From positions 6,510,001-6,574,000 of the forward strand of contig OY740811.1 of NCBI GenBank assembly GCA_963514005.1: 64,000 nt of DNA, in the 5' to 3' direction. The position numbers were made by a program, and so were the translations under genes. This stretch comes from Raja brachyura. Lineage: Eukaryota. Under the pieces are notes generated by a model. That model ran no database searches, was not told the DNA's origin, and saw nothing but the letters and a program-made list of their open reading frames with translations. Below are positions 61,893-64,000 of this stretch, piece after piece; positions within the stretch are counted from its first letter, which is position 1; every line of letters starts with the position of its first letter.

Positions 61893-64000
61893 AGTGGAAG
61901 CAAGTTCAATAATAGTTTTGAAATTAGAATTTGATAACCGGATGCAGAAGAAAAAATAGAGAGTTACAGTGAAGGTGCAAGCAAAAGGGAGGAATGGGAT
62001 AGTTCTTCCAAGGAGCCAGAACAGACCTGGAATGATTTCCCTTCCTGTATTTTTGTTTAATACCAGGAGATGAGATTTCAACTCGATGCAGATACAACAG
62101 TACACCACCCAAGACTTAATTCTGCCTAGAAAATGCATCAGGGGGACTACAAAGTCCATTTAGGACACTTCAGTAGAGTTTCTGGGATCTCAACACTGTA
62201 GTTGTATATAGAGGCACCATGAATTAACAGGTTGTGTTAAAGCCTTTTAAACCACAGTGCAGAATGTCACAATTGTTATAGTGGGAAGCGTGGCAATTGT
62301 AAAAGAGTCATGAGCTCAAGCACAATGCGTTAGTGTAGGGAGTGTTTTGTGGAGCAAATCCCAGCTAATCTGACACAAGTATGTCAGGAATTCAATACCC
62401 ATCATGAGTATGAAGACTGTTCACACCATTCTATGAACACCCAAGATCCAAGATTCAGCTCAGTCATTATGTTATGTTGATAATATGGGATGTCTTGATT
62501 CTAAGCCAGGGTCCACCCATCTACCTATCTAAAGCCCCCTCGCCAGTATCCACCATTTTCTTACCAGGTTTTGGCCTGCTCCACCTCTCCTCCAGTTTTT
62601 TCCCTCCTACTACAATCTGTCTCAAGAAAGGTTCGGACCTGAAACATTTTTCCCACCTACAGAAACATTGGAAATGTCTCATTAAATTGTCAATTAACTG
62701 GAACATGTTTAACCATTAGTGGATGGTTGGTTGGAGCTTAGGCCAGTGCAATGTACTTTTTACTAAGAACTGCTTCAATTGCTCTTTGAAGAAGGCCGAT
62801 GAAGCCCATAGTACCCATGCATGTGGCAGCTAAATGTATTTCCAAGTCTTCTCCTGAAAAAAGGCTAAAAAACATGGGAAACTTTCTGGGTAATTTTCTT
62901 TCAAATGCAAAGTTGCATTGAACATACATTTCATGCAAAATTGATACATGCATTTGTCAAATGTTTAATTACTTCAAATTAACTCATTGTCTGGAAACAT
63001 CTTCCTGTCATAATAATGTTTCCATTCCCTTCTCAACATAATCTGCTTCAGAGCCAGTTGATTCTGTTCATGGATACTGCCTTGCACACTGCTTGAGGAT
63101 ATTAAATGCAGGCCACTCAGTCTTAAGTCCTATCCATCTCAAACTGCCTATCTTAATTGCCAAAATCGACTAACTTAATTATTCTATCTTATCACAAATC
63201 ATCAAATATCTACTATGCTCCCTATTGTACAACCCTCACACAGAAACATGTAAATGGGGAAGTAGCTGCTACTTACCAAATCAATATTATACATAAGCAA
63301 CATGCTGCAGATGCTGGAAGCAAGAAAAGTAATTGACCCAAAACATTCTCTCTCCATAAATGCTGTCTAACTTACTGAGTATTTCCAGCATACTCGGCTT
63401 TAATTTCAGTAGTCTATAAGCATTTGACAATGACTGAAATTCCGTGTTCACCAGCCGTCACCTTCCCTGATTGCAGGGAATGGTGCAGTAAATATTTTAT
63501 ATGAAAACAATGCAAAATTATGCCTGTTTAGTATTCGTCTGAAGTCAGACCTGAAACACTAATTTAGACACATGTAGAGTAAGGTTTATGGAGCAGGTCT
63601 ATTCTTAACTGAATCACAGTGCTGGGGTAGAAAGCCAGAACTTTACTCTGTTTTAACTGATCTCCCTCAACTTGGTACGGACTTGATGCTGGAAGAGAAA
63701 CATTTTCTCACTAGCCAATGCTAACATGCGATTGCATCGAAGGTCGTGAAAATGTGCAGGTTAATTGTGTGAGACCTGGTGAGTATTTCTGTTTGTTTTC
63801 TCCACAATGCTTGCTCATCTTTAATTTGGATCCTTTCGCGTTACTGGAATAAGGTCAAACTGAAAGGAGATTCAAAAAGAATTTTGCAGAAAGAAAAATC
63901 ACTCAACAGACAGCGAATAAATGACAATGCCCGTAATTTCACCTTTATGCAGGGTAATTTTTTTCATAAGTAGCTTCATGACAGGCAGACAAGGGGCGCC

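Overview
Repeat-rich vertebrate non-coding DNA with no recognisable host exon. The mix of HE1-like tRNA SINEs, CR1, Rex1, L2, RTE and Penelope elements points to a cartilaginous fish, probably a skate or ray (inference). The main feature is a 14-kb decayed endogenous retrovirus (15415-29439, + strand). It has paired TG...CA LTRs, a 4-bp CCTC target-site duplication (TSD), a tRNA-Pro primer-binding site and gag-pro-pol remnants of gamma/epsilon type. Env and the polypurine tract are deleted. Between protease and RT the polyprotein carries an extra domain with two HxT motifs (LHITL...PHVT), the signature of a 2H phosphoesterase (CNPase/LigT-like). A long leader may hold a decayed pre-gag accessory ORF. 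Two LINEs inserted into the provirus later: a Rex1 in the leader, and a young CR1 with a 786-codon open ORF2 inside integrase. The rest of the window holds nested TE stacks, Harbinger- and hAT-type MITEs, Penelope-derived hairpins with hammerhead-like cores, GC-rich non-autonomous LINE-tailed elements and several locally templated insertions. All calls were made by eye from the sequence and ORF track; no database search was run.
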